Shown here in pieces: positions 23,020 to 34,809 of a stretch of DNA of 64,000 bases. Origin of the DNA: Scyliorhinus canicula. Its lineage: Eukaryota. Position numbers and translations under genes: made by a program. The first letter of the stretch is position 1. Each line of letters begins with the position of its first letter. Below the pieces are notes generated by a model that worked only from the letters and a program-made list of their open reading frames with translations, was not told where the DNA came from and did not search any database. The DNA is taken from assembly GCF_902713615.1 (NCBI RefSeq), contig NC_052169.1:3599800-3663799 (forward strand). Reading direction: 5' to 3'.

Positions 23020-23780
23020 TTTCATGGGGCGACAGCGTCACTGGTTAGATCAGCATTTATTACCCATCCCTAATTGTCCTCGACAAGGTGGTGGTGAGCC
23101 GTCTTCTTGAACCGCTGCAGCCCATGGGGTGTCGGCACACCCACAGTGCTGTTAGGGAGATGGTTCCAGGATTTTGATCCAGCGACAGTGAAGGAACGAC
23201 GATGTAGATACAAGTCAGAATGGTGTGGGGCTCGGAGGGGATCTTGCAAGTGATGGTGTATCTACTGCCTTTGTCCTTCCAGACGGTAGAGGTAGTGGGT
23301 TTGGAAGGTGTTCTCAAAGGAGTCTTGGTGGGACAGCACAATGGCGCAGTGGTTAGCATTGCTGCCTCACGGCACCAAGGTCCCAGGTTCGATCCCGGCC
23401 CCGGGTCACTGTCAGTGTGGAGTTTGCACATTCTCCCCGTGTTTGTGTGGGTTTCGTCCCCACATCCCAAAGATGTGCAGGGTAGGTGGATTGGACACAC
23501 TAAATTGCCTCTTAATTGGAAAAAAAAAAGAGTTGGGTATTCTAAATTTGTAAAAAAAAAAAGTCTTGGCGAGTTGCTGTAGTGCATCTTGTACACAAAG
23601 CTGCCAGTGTGTGTCTGTGGTGGACGGAGAGTGTTTGTGGATGGAGTGCCAATCAAATGGACCCTGGATGGTGTCAAGATTCTGGAGTGTTGATGGAGCC
23701 GCATTCATCGAGGCAAGTGGAGAGTATTCCATTACACTCCTGACTTATGGCTTGTAGATTGTGAACTTGCTTTGGGAAGT
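23020..23780 (-). mobile_element. RTE-type LINE 3' fragment interrupted by a V-SINE (23330-23560, +)
   Basis: Minus-strand EYSPLASMNAAPSTLQNLDTIQ motif. The SINE is flanked by AGTCTTGG direct repeats. Confidence 0.72.
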
Positions 23781-23782
23781 GA

Positions 23783-24180
23783 GGGCAGCACGGTAGCACA
23801 AGGAGATAGCACTGTGGCTTCATAGCGCCAGGGTCCCAGGTTCGATTCCCCGCTGGGTCACTGTCTGTGTGGAGTCTGCACTCCCCGTGTCTGTGTGGGT
23901 TTCCTCCGGGTGCTCCGGTTTCCTCTCGCAGTCCAAAGACGTGCAGATTAGGTGGATTGGCAATGCTAAATTGCCCTTGGTGACCAAGAAGTTTAGGAGG
24001 AGTTATTGGGTTACTAGAATAGGGTGGAAGTGAGGGCTTAAGTGGGTCGCTGCCGACTCAATGGGCCAAATGGCCTCCTTCTGCACTGTATGTCGGCATC
24101 GGTTTGGGTAGGGTGCTCTTTCCAAGGGCCAGTGCAGACCCAATGAGCCGAATGGCCTCCTTTTGCACTGTAAATTCTAT
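23783..24180 (+). mobile_element. HE1-like V-SINE with CR1-derived tail
   Basis: tRNA head, V-domain and a duplicated GGCC.AATGGCCTCCTT tail. Confidence 0.82.
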
Positions 24181-24522
24181 GAAATCTATGAAAATGTCTC
24201 CACTTCATTCCCAGAGAAGCCTCCCTTACTGCATGAGGTTGATTAGGGGTTATGGGAGAAGGCAGGAGAATGGGGATGAGAAAATATCAGCCATGATTAA
24301 ATGGCGGAGCAGACTCAATGAGCCGTGTGGTCCAATTCTGCTCCTATGTCTTATGTTCTCTGGACAATGTTATTATTTGTAGAACAAGCCAAGTGAATTG
24401 CTGAATGTCAGTTTAAGATGGTGTTGTCCCCTGTGCCCCCACACACTGCAGGCCCTTTTCCCACACTTGCTTCTTTGCGTGAGAAAGGTTGTGTGTCAGG
24501 CAGTTTCACAGATCAATCATAC

Positions 24523-24710
24523 CTTCTTATAAAGACAGGCTTTAGCCTGGGTTCAGTTTCATCCTCACTGTCTGTATATTCTTCGTACTCCGACTCCTCC
24601 TCCGACTCTTCTCCGGATCGGCCCTCATCCTCCACTTCCAACAGTTCCAATTCCTCGTTCTCCCTCTCCTGAGCCCGCTGTCTCATCATGGCACGGCGGC
24701 GCTCGATTTC
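24523..24710 (-). CDS. MFAP1: MFAP1 exon 4: EIERRRAMMRQRAQERENEE...EYTDSEDETEPRLKPVFIR
   Basis: CAG acceptor, GTATG donor, phase 0 to 2. Confidence 0.96.
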
Positions 24711-26040
24711 CTGGCAGGGTGGGAAGGGGAAAACTGTAAGTCTGCCTGGATTCCTTCACTACAATAACTGACCAAAGCTGTCCGCACACAGTCACAACTC
24801 TTTCCACTCGCCTGAAGCGAGGCCATCAATACAAGATCGTCACTAACATATCCAGTCGGGAATTCAGAAGAAACTTCCTTCCTCAGTGTGGGGAGAATGT
24901 GGAACTTGTCACTACAAGAAGCAGTTAAGGTGAATATAGTTGATACACCTGAAGGGAAGCTGGCTGAACACAAGTGGGAAAAGGGCAGAACAGTCGTATT
25001 GAATGGCAGAGAAGAGGGGCTGAATTGTCTATTTCTGCTCCTATTCAATGCTTATATGTTTTGATATGAATTTGAGGCTCGTGCAGAGCATAAACACCAG
25101 CACAGACCAGCCGGGCTGAATGTGCTCCAAATGATTTCTTAAGACGTCCACAGATCCAAAGGACAATGAATCAGTTCTGTTCTCTCCCGCCGCCCTAATC
25201 TTGTCCAGCCAACTTTACCCAACCTATCTGCAGACGCTGACCATCTCTTGATCCCCCAGTCAAGTGGCCTTAACTTGTTAACCCAGTAAAGCTATTTGAC
25301 TGTGGCAGATATTCAGAGCCTGACCATGTCCTCATCACACCACAGCCTCAGCCGGAGCCCTGGTTCTCGCATTGCTCCAGGGAAGTTAACTGCAGTCTAT
25401 CTACTTGCATCTCAGCTGCATTCAGCTAACTCAGCCAAGGTGCCAGCACCTTCCTGGGCATGGCTGCTCAGTTTTAAACCCATTACCCACATCAGTAATT
25501 AACGGTGAGGGAAGCCGCGTACCCCCATCAGACACACGCAGCACTGACCAGCGTCTCCGAGCCGCTGTGTCCCAAGGGTCTTGGCAGCTTGATCACCACG
25601 ATTGCGTTCACCACCCTTGTTGCTGCACACGTACCCTGATCATACACCCAAAAACACAGGTGGCAGCAGCTACAATCTGTCTGTCAGGCACAGTACAGAA
25701 ACCAGCCATTCAGTCCAACAGCTCAGTCTGCCTTTTTAATCTCTGCTCTACTGTAGTCACTCGATCAGCATATCTTTCTCTGTCTTGCTCACATGTTCCC
25801 ATCTAGCTTCCTCTTCAATACGTTACGTTGTTTGCTTCTCGTGTTGCCTTTCTTCAACTGCAATAACCCAACAATATTCTGAAGAAAAAAAAGCGGTCAG
25901 CACCTAAAGAGACAGGCCTGTGATTCAGCTTAGAATCTGCACGAGTCCCGTCTCCGCCCAATCTTCACTGTCACACAGACTCCTGCTGTGGGCCGTCCAG
26001 CTTTTAAAACGTCATCGATGCCGGTGAGACCCATACACAC

Positions 26041-26170
26041 CTCATCGTCCACCTCCTCCTCCTCTTCCTCGCTGGTGTCCTCTCGATCCATGTGCCATGG
26101 CTCACCCTCGTCCTCCGATTCTGCTTCCATCACCACCTCAGGCTCAACGATCATCCGATGCCTTGCCAGC
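26041..26170 (-). CDS. MFAP1: MFAP1 exon 3: LARHRMIVEPEVVMEAESEDEGEPWHMDREDTSEEEEEEVDDE
   Basis: CAG acceptor, GT donor, phase 2 to 0. Confidence 0.95.
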
Positions 26171-26748
26171 CTGGAGAAAGGCAAAAGAAAACACAACCGT
26201 CATCTTCACAGAGAGCAACGGAACTCGAACGCTGATCATTTCTGCAGCCCCTGTCTCACACTCAGGATGTCCAGAGTGAACGTTCGTCATTGTTAATACG
26301 GTAAATGCAGCAGCCGATCTGTACGATCCACAAGCTGCAATTAAATAAACTGTTAGTTTTGGTTGAAGCATAAATATGTCAGGAAAATCGTGCCGTGGGA
26401 TCTTTGACATGGACTTGGATTGGCCTTTTGGTTAACGTCACATTTGAAAGATGGCACCGTGGACAGCAAACCTCCCTCAGCCTGGTTCACGCTATGTTCA
26501 ATTCTGGCTTAGGAACTGCAATCCACTTTAACTCCTTAACCGAGGGGCACTGAAATCATGAATCAGATCCCATTGCCTTCAACTGAGACCAGGCATTTCA
26601 ACTGTGACCTTCTCTGATCTGTACAGTTTGGGAGCAGGCTGTATTTTTAAGGAGGAAGAAGTTTTACAAACAGAACAGAAACCACTAAAAATTAGCAAGA
26701 CCTGCCTGGCAGGTCATGCGAGATCTCGGAGATGCGAGAGTCCCTTAC

Positions 26749-26965
26749 CTCTCCTCCACATCCTCAGAGAGCCGGTTCTGGAGACGCTTCAGACGCGGGT
26801 CATTTACCAGCTCCTCTGTCACCTCAGGTTCTGCTTCCGCCTCCTTTGGCTTCTTAACAAACTGGAAGTCCTCCTCCTCCTCATCCGAGGACTCCATTGG
26901 AGCATAATCGGGTCGCTTACCAGAAACATAGCGTTTCACCTTCACCTTTTCCATCGACACCTCAC
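26749..26965 (-). CDS. MFAP1: MFAP1 exon 2: GEVSMEKVKVKRYVSGKRPDYAPMESSDEE...DPRLKRLQNRLSEDVEER
   Basis: CAG acceptor, GTAAG donor, diagnostic KRYVSGKRPDYA. Confidence 0.97.
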
Positions 26966-27079
26966 CTGGGCACAGAAGACAGCTGGGTTCAGTAAAGAGC
27001 ATCACTACAGTAACTGGACAATCATCGGCAACGAGGATCAAAATGGGCCTGGGTTTCAGGTCTCCTGCCCCAGCCCCTC

Positions 27080-27552
27080 GGGGCTGGTTTAGCACAGTGG
27101 GCTAAATAGCTGGCTTGCAATGCAGAACAAGGCAGCAGCACGGTTCAATTCGCGTACCAGCCTCCCCAAACAGGCGCCGGAATGTGGCGACGAGGGGCTT
27201 TTCACAGTAACTTCATTGAAACCTACTTGTGACAATAAGCGATTATTATTTTTGCGTTACTGAACTTAGATATCAAGATTAAAGTCATCACAGATGAACT
27301 ATCACAGAGCAGAAATATCATAGAATCTTTTCTCTTCTTTTTAAAATAAATTTAGAGTACCCAATTATTTTCTTTTCCCAATTAAGGGGCAATTTAGTGC
27401 AGCCAATCCACCTGACCTGCACATCCTTGGGTTGTGAGGCAGGCACGGGGAGAATGTGCAAACTCCACACGGACAGTGACCCGGGCCAGGATTGAACCCG
27501 GGTCTTCAGCACCGTAGGCAGCAGTGCTAACCACTGCGTTACCATGCCGCCC
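27080..27552. mobile_element. tRNA-SINE (27080-27250, +) and V-SINE (27343-27552, -) in MFAP1 intron 1
   Basis: A/B boxes and family tails. Confidence 0.82.
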
Positions 27553-27787
27553 CATAGAATCTTTAAAGTGCAGAAGGCGTTTGATCACTGGTGTAAAACT
27601 AGGATGGTGTAGGGTGTCATGAAAGTGTCTTGAAGGGGCTAAACCAGTAGGTGTTCGAAGGAAGGTGCCAAACAGGTGATTTGGTGATGTGGGGGACAAG
27701 GGGTGGAATGTAGTCACACAGGAAAGTTCCTGTGAAACCCAGATATCAATGCAATCTTCCACAATTAGACGACATTCCACGAGAGGT

Positions 27788-30240
27788 ACATAGAAACATA
27801 GAAAATAGAAGCACGAGTAGGCCATTCAGCCCTTCGAGCCTGCACCACCATTCAATATGATCATGGCTGATCATACAAATTTAGTATCCCACTCCCGCTT
27901 TCTCTCTGTACCCTTTGAACCCTTTAGCCCCAAGGACCACGTTCAGCTTGAATATATCCAACAAACTGGACCCGACAGCTTTCTGTGGTAGCACGGTAGT
28001 TAGCATAAATGCTTCACAGCTCCAGGGTCCCAGGTTCGGTTCCCGGCTATCTGTGCGGAGTCTGCACGTCCTCCCCGTGTGTGCGTGGGTTTCCTCTGGG
28101 TGCTCCGGTTTCCTCCCACAGTCCAAAGATGTGCGGGTTAGGTGGATTGGCCATGCTAAATTGCCCGTAGTGTCCTAAAAAAAGTAAGGTTAAGGGGGGG
28201 TTGTTGGGTTACGGGTATAGGGTGGATACGTGGGTTTGAGTAGGGTGACCATTGCTCGGCACAACATCGAGGGCCGAAGGGCCTGTTCTGTGCTGTACTG
28301 TTCTATGTTCTAATTCCACAAGTACACAACACTTGGAGAGGATGTTATTCCGCATCTCAGTCCTGAATGGCTGACCCCTTATTCTTAGGCTGTGACTCCT
28401 AGTTCTGGACGTCCTCAACATCGGGAACATTCTTTCCACATCTAGCCTGTCCAGTCCCATCAGGATTTTATATGTTTCTATGAGATCCCCTCTCATTCTT
28501 CCAAACTCCAGTGAGTACAAACCCAGTCGATCCAGTCTTTCTCCATCTGTCAGTCCTGCCATCCCGGGAATTAGTCTGGTGAACCTTCACTGGACACCCT
28601 CAATAGCAGGAATGTCCTTCCTCAAACTAGGAGACCAAAACTGCACCCAATACTCAAGGTGTGGCCTCACCAAGGCCCTGTATAACTGCAGCAAGACATC
28701 CCTGCTCCTACACTCAAATCCTCTCGCTATGAAGGTCAGCATGCCATTAGCTTTCCTCACCGCCTGCTGTACCTGCATGCCAAACCTCACTGCCTGCTGT
28801 ACCTGCATGCCAACCTTCACCGCCTGCTGTACCTGCATGCCAACCCTCACCGCCTGCTGTACCTGCATGCCAACCCTCACCGCCTGCTATACCTGCCAAC
28901 CCTCACCACCTGCTGTACCTGCCAACCCTCACCGCCTGCTGTACCTGCACGCCAACCTTCAGCCACTGTTCCACCGTGACACCCAGGTCTCGTTACATTT
29001 CCCCTTTTCCTAAACTGCCACCATTCATGTAATAATCGGCCTTCTTGTATTTGCCACCAAAGTGGATAGCCTCACATTTACCCACATTATACAGCGTCTG
29101 CCAAGTATTTGCCCACTCAGCCAGCCTGTCCAAGTCACCCTGCAGCCTCTTTGCATCCTCCTCACAGCGCACACTGCCACCCAGCTTAGTGTCATCTGCA
29201 AATCTGGAGATATTGCATTCAATTCCTTTGTCCAAATCATTCGTGTATATTGTGAACAGCTGGGGTCCCAGCACTGAACCCTGCGGTATCCCACTAGTCA
29301 CTGCCTGCCACTCCGAAAAGGACCTGTTTATTTCCACTCTCTGCTTCCTGTCTGCCGACCAGTTCTCGATCCTCGTCAATACATTACCCCCAATACCAAT
29401 GGCTTTAATTTTGTCTCTTGTGTGGGACCTTGTCAAAAGATTTTTGAAAGTCCAGATACACAACATCCACTGGTTCACTCACCCGTGTCCACTCTACTGT
29501 TCACATCCTCAAAAAATTCCAGAATATTTGTCAAGCATGATTTCCCTTTAGTGAATCCATGCTCACTTGGACCGATCCTGTCCCCACTTTCCAAATGCTC
29601 AGTTATTTCCCCACCACCGATGTCAGGCCAACCGGTCTATAATTCTCCGTTTTCTCTCTCCCTCCTTTTTTTAAAAAGTGGGGTTACATTAGCTACCCTC
29701 CAATCCATTGGAACTTTCCAGAGTCCATAGAATGCTGGAAAATGATCACCAATAAGTCCACTATATCTTGGGCCTTAAGCACTGTGGAATGCCCTGGGGA
29801 CTATCAATTTCCCCAATACAATTTCCTGATTATTAAGGATTTCCTTCAACTCCTCCTTCATGATAGACTCGCTGTCCCCTAGTATTTCTGGAAAGTTATT
29901 TGTGATCGCCTTAGTAAGACAGCTCCAAAATAAATTGTTCAACGGGTCTGCCAATTCTTTGTTACTCACTATGAATCCACCCGATTCTAACTGTACGGGA
30001 CCTACATTTGTCTTCACCAGTCTTTTTCTCTTCACAAATCCATAGAAACGTTTGCAGTCAGTTTTTATGTTTTCTTCAAACTTACTCTCGTATTCTATTC
30101 TCCCCTTCCAAATTAAACCTTTGTCCTCCTCTGCTGAATTTATAAATTTCTCCCAGTCCTCAGGCCTGCTGCCTTTTCTGGCCAATTTATATGCCTCCTC
30201 TTTCTCTTTAACACTATCTCTTGTTAGCCATGTTTGGGTC
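27788..30240 (-). mobile_element. CR1-type LINE ORF2, about 2.1 kb, frameshifted, with nested V-SINE (27987-28310, +)
   Basis: RT motifs GIPQGSVLGPQLF and FADDTKLGG, LYRALVRPHLEY, and (TTCTATGT) 3' tail repeats at 27790. Confidence 0.93.
28755..28957. repeat. About 7 copies of a 26-30-bp tandem repeat (CTCACCGCCTGCTGTACCTGCATGCCAACC) inside the CR1
   Basis: Direct inspection. Confidence 0.9.
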
Positions 30241-30479
30241 ACCTTACCCTATCTTACTCTTGTGCCATTAAAGAGACAGATGGCATTTGTTGCTCTGTAG
30301 TGGTGAAGGTTGATGAGAGCAGGATCAATTGCCAACAAAGGGCAAGACAGTCTGAATTGTTTCTCACAAGGAGGAAGCAACATCTTCCTCAAGACAGAGA
30401 AAGCTTGGGGGGGGGGGGGTGGAGAGATTATCCAGGGAAGACACCAGGAGTTAGGGGCAAAAGTACAAAGAAAAGATCT

Positions 30480-31075
30480 AAGAGTACAGGTTCATAGCTC
30501 CTTGAAAATGGAGTCACAGGTGGATAGGGTGGTGAAGAAGGCATTCAGCATGCTTGGTTTCATCGGTCAGAACATTGAAAACAGGAGTTGGGACATCTTC
30601 TTGAAGTTGTACAAGACACTAGTAAGGCCACACTTGAAATACTGTGTTCAGTTCTGGTCACCCTATTATCAGAAGGATATTGTTAAACTAGAAAGAGTGC
30701 AGAAAAGATTTACTAGGGTGCTACCAGGACTTGATGGTTTGAGTTATAAGGAGAGGCTGGATAGACTGGGACATTTTTCCAGGAGCAGAGGAGGCTTAGG
30801 GGTGATCTTATAGAGGTCTATAAAATAATGAGAGGCATAGATAAGGTAGAGAGTCAACATTGAGAGGGCATAGGTTTAACGCGAGAGGGGAGAGGTTCAA
30901 AAGGGTCCAGAGGAGCAAGTTTTTCCATACAGAGGGTGGTGAGTGTATGGAATGAGCTGTCAAAGGCAGTAGTAGAGGCGGGTACAATTTTGTCTTTCAA
31001 AAAGCACTTAAGACAGTTAAATGGGAAAGATGGGCAGATGAGGGATATGGGCCAAGTGCTGGAAAGTGGGATTAG
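30480..31075 (+). mobile_element. CR1-type LINE 3' fragment
   Basis: LYKTLVRPHLKYCVQFWSPYY...LERVQKRFTR. Confidence 0.88.
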
Positions 31076-31104
31076 AATAGTTAGGTGGTTGTTTTTGACT
31101 GCCG

Positions 31105-31680
31105 CAGATGCGAAGGGCCAAAGGGGCTTTCCTGTGATGTCCCAGGTTCGATTTCTGGCACTGTGTGTGGAGTCTGCACAGTCCCCCCGTGCAGCAGGGT
31201 AGCACAAGTGAATAGCACTGTGGCTTCACAGCACCAGGGTCCCAGGTTCGATTGCCTGCTAGGTCACTGTCTGTGCACGTTCTGTGTGGGTTTGCTCCGG
31301 GTGCTTCGGTTTTCCCACAGAGTCCAAAGAGGTGCAGGTTAGGTGGATTGGCCATGATAAATTACCCTTAGTGACCAAAAGGTTAGGAGGGGTTATTGGG
31401 TTACGGGGATAGGGTGGAAGTGAGGGCTTTAGTGGGTCGGTACTGAATCGATGGGCCGAATGGCCTCCTTCTGCACTGTTCTACGTATGTTCTATGTGCC
31501 TGCGTGGGTTTCCTCCGGGTGCTCCGGTTTCCTCCCACAAGCCCCGAAAGACGTGCTGTTAGGTGAATTGGACATTCTGAATTCTCCCTCCGTGTACCCG
31601 AACAGGCGCCGGAATGTGGTGACTAGGGGATTTTCACATTAACGTTAATGTAAACCTCCTTGTGACAGTAAAGATTATGT
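31105..31680 (+). mobile_element. Nested V-SINEs
   Basis: A SINE at about 31191-31495 is inserted in the V-domain of another whose halves lie at 31110-31190 and 31497-31680. Confidence 0.75.
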
Positions 31681-31784
31681 AGATGTCCATGAGCCCGAAG
31701 GCGATGGCACTGACGGGAACCTGCTGGGTTCTGATGCACTGGGGAAGGGGTCGGACTTGGCAGTGGCCGGACTCGGCTCTCCCT

Positions 31785-32055
31785 CAACCCAGAGCTCAGG
31801 TCTCCTCTCCTCCCCGGGGCCCCTGAACCCAGAGCCCGGGGTTCAGGCCTCCTCCCCACCCCGGGGTCCCTGAACCCAGAGCCCGGGGCTCGGGGCTCAG
31901 GCCTCCTCCCCACCCCGGGGTCCCTGAACCCAGAACCCGGGGCTCGGGACTCGGGGCTCAGGCCTCCTCCCCTCCCCGGGGTCCCTGAACCCAGAGTCCG
32001 GGGCTCAGGTCTCCTCCCCTCCCCGGGGTCCCTGAACCCAGAGCCCGGGGCTCGG
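31785..32055. repeat. GC-rich 46-60-bp tandem repeat (CCCCGGGGTCCCTGAACCCAGAGCCCGGGGCTC...), about 5-6 copies, at the start of MFAP1 intron 1
   Basis: Direct inspection. Confidence 0.88.
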
Positions 32056-32094
32056 GCCGCGCCTAGGCCCCAATCCCCGGGCTGGGCCGCTCAC

Positions 32095-32176
32095 CTTTCT
32101 CATTGAGGACGGGCACGGCTCCGGCCGTGGACTGGATCGGCGGCTGTTTGGTGTTGAGGCCGAGCGGAGCCGCCAT
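32095..32176 (-). CDS. MFAP1: MFAP1 exon 1: MAAPLGLNTKQPPIQSTAGAVPVLNEK(G)
   Basis: KQPPIQSTAGAVPV.NEK is diagnostic. ATG at 32176, GTGAG donor at 32094. The spliced CDS totals 1320 nt = 439 aa. Confidence 0.96.
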
Positions 32177-32380
32177 GATTGCGCCGCCGCTTCGGGAGAG
32201 AAAACCCGACTGAGAAAGAACAACAACCGGAGCAGAAACTGGCAGCTGGAACGGCCGGCGCGTACTGATGATCTCATCAAGAAGCGACCCAGTTCGGCTC
32301 TGCTCGCCTCGCGTCGCCCCGCCCCTCTGCTTCTATTGGCTGGTGGCGGGGGCCTGGGTTGTGAGGTCATATAACAGTGG
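32177..32380 (-). promoter_or_regulatory. MFAP1 5' UTR and CpG-island promoter with GC box and CCAAT box
   Basis: CGCCCCGCCCC at 32315-32325 and ATTGG at 32335-32339. Confidence 0.65.
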
Positions 32381-34705
32381 GCGGGCGTGTGGAATGGGGG
32401 CGGGGCGTGTGGAATGGAGGAGGGGCGTGTGGAATGGGGGCGGGGTGTGTGGAATGGAGGAGGGGTGTGTGGAATGGAGGCGGGGCGTGTGGAATGGGGG
32501 TGGGGTGTATGGAATGGAGGCGGGGTTTGTGGAATGGAGGAGGGGTGTGTGCAATGGAGGTGGGGCATGTGGAATGGAGGCGGGGTGTGTGGAATGGGGG
32601 CGGGGTGTGTGGAATGGAGGAGGGGTGTGGAATGGAGGAGGGGTGTGTGGAATGGAGGAGGGGTGTGTGGGATGGAGGCGGGGTATGTGGAATGGAGGCG
32701 GGGTGTGTGGAATGGAGGAGGGGTGTGTGGAATGGACGAGGGGTGTGTGGAATGGAGGAGGGGTATGTGGAATGGAGGCGGGGTGTGGAATGGACGAGGG
32801 GTGTGTGGAATGGAGGAGGGGTATGTGGAATGGAGGCGGGGTGTGTGGAATGGAGGAGGGGTGTGTGGAATGGACGAGGGGTGTGTGGAATGGAGGAGGG
32901 GTGTGTGGAATGGAGGAGGTGTGTGGGATGGACGAGGGGTGTGTGGAATGGGGGCGGGGTGTGTGGAATGGAGGAGGGGTGTGGAATGGAGGAGGGGTGT
33001 GTGGAATGGAGGAGGGGTATGTGGAATGGAGGAGGGGTGTGTGGAATGGACGAGGGGTGTGTGGAATGGGGGCGGGGTGTGTGGAATGGAGGAGGGGTGT
33101 GGAATGGACGAGGGGTGTGTGGAATGGAGGAGGGGTATGTGGAATGGAGGCGGGGTGTGTGGAATGGAGGAGGGGTGTGTGGAATGGACGAGGGGTGTGT
33201 GGAATGGAGGAGGGGTGTGTGGAATGGAGGAGGTGTGTGGGATGGAGATGGGGTGTGTGGAATGGAGGAGGGGTGTGTGGAATTGGGGCGGGGTATGTGG
33301 AATGGAGGTGGGGTGTGTGGAATGGAGGCGGGGTGTGCGGAATGGAGGAGGGGCGTGCGGAATGGAGGAGGGGCGTGTGGAATGGAGGAGGGGTGTGTGG
33401 AATGGAGGAGGGGTGTGTGGAATGGAGGAGGGGCGTGTGGAATGGAGGAGGGGTGTGTGGAATGGAGGAGGGGTGTGTGGAATGGAGGAGGGGTGTGTGG
33501 AATGGAGGAGGGGCGTGTGGAATGGAGGAGGGGTGTGTGGAATGGAGGCGGGGTGTGCGGAATGGAGGAGGGGCGTGCGGAATGGAGGAGGGGCGTGTGG
33601 AATGGAGGAGGGGTGTGTGGAATGGAGGCGGGGTGTGTGGAATGGAGGAGGATTGTGTGGAATGGAGGAGGGGTGTGTGGAATGGAGGAGGGGTGTGTGG
33701 AATGGAGGAGGATTGTGTGGAATGGAGGAGGTGTGTGGAATGGAGGAGGGGTGTGGAATGGAGGAGGGGTGTGGAATGGAGGAGGGGTGTGTGGAATGGA
33801 GGAGGGGTGTGGAATGGAGGAGGGGTGTGTGGAATGGAGGCGGGGCGTGTGGAATGGGGGTGGGGTGTATGGAATGGAGGCGGGGTTTGTGGAATGGAGG
33901 AGGGGTGTGTGGGATGGAGGAGGTGTGTGGAATGGAGGAGGGGTGTGTGGAATGGAGGAGGGGTATGTGGAATGGAGGTGGGGTGTGTGGAATGGAGGAG
34001 GGGTGTGTGGAATGGAGGAGGGGTGTGTGGAATGGAGGAGGGGCGTGCGGAATGGGGGTGGGGTATGTGGAATGGAGGTGGGGTGTGCGGAATGGAGGCG
34101 GGGTGTGTGGAATGGAGGAGGGGTGTGTGGAATGGAGGAGGGGCGTGCGGAATGGAGGCGGGGTGTGTGGAATGGAGATGGGGCGTGTGGAATGGAGGAG
34201 GGGCGTGTGGAATGGAGGCGGGGCATGTGGAATGGAGGAGGGGTGTGGGATGGAGGAGGGGTGTGTGGGATGGAGGAGGGGTGTGTGGGATGGAGGAGGG
34301 GTGTGTGGGATGGAGGAGGGGTGTGTGGAATGGAGGAGGGGTGTGTGGAATGGAGGAGGGGTGTGTGGAATGGAGGAGGGGTGTGTGGAATGGAGGAGGG
34401 GTGTGTGGAATGGAGGAGGGGTGTGGAATGGAGGAGGGGTGTGTGGAATGGAGGAGGGGTGTGTGGAATGGAGGAGGGGTGTGTGGAATGGAGGAGGGGT
34501 GTGGAATGGAGGAGGGGTGTGTGGAATGGAGGAGGGGTGTGTGGAATGGAAGTGGGGTGTGTGGAATGGAGGAGGGGTGTGTGGAATGGAGGAGGGGTGT
34601 GTGGAATGGAGGAGGGGTGTGTGGAATGGAGGAGGGGTGTGTGGAATGGAGGAGGGGTGTGTGGAATGGAGGAGGGGTGTGTGGAATGGAGGTGGGGTGT
34701 GTGGA
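32381..34705. repeat. 21-bp G-rich minisatellite (GTGTGTGGAATGGAGGAGGGG)n, about 110 copies
   Basis: Direct inspection. The 21-bp period explains the 800-aa ORFs open in all frames. Confidence 0.97.
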
Positions 34706-34809
34706 TTGGGTTTGTCCCGGGGCGGCAGTTATTGGCTCATATCCAGCGGGTGTTGAATGTTGGCCTCTCCTCCTCTTTAGCCCCTGAGCCTGATATCTCT
34801 GGATGTTGA

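Noticed and set aside
32268-34809. ORFs of 619-839 aa rich in Gly/Trp/Cys/Glu
   Set aside because: They are translations of a stop-free 21-bp repeat that is open in several frames at once, with no protein signal.
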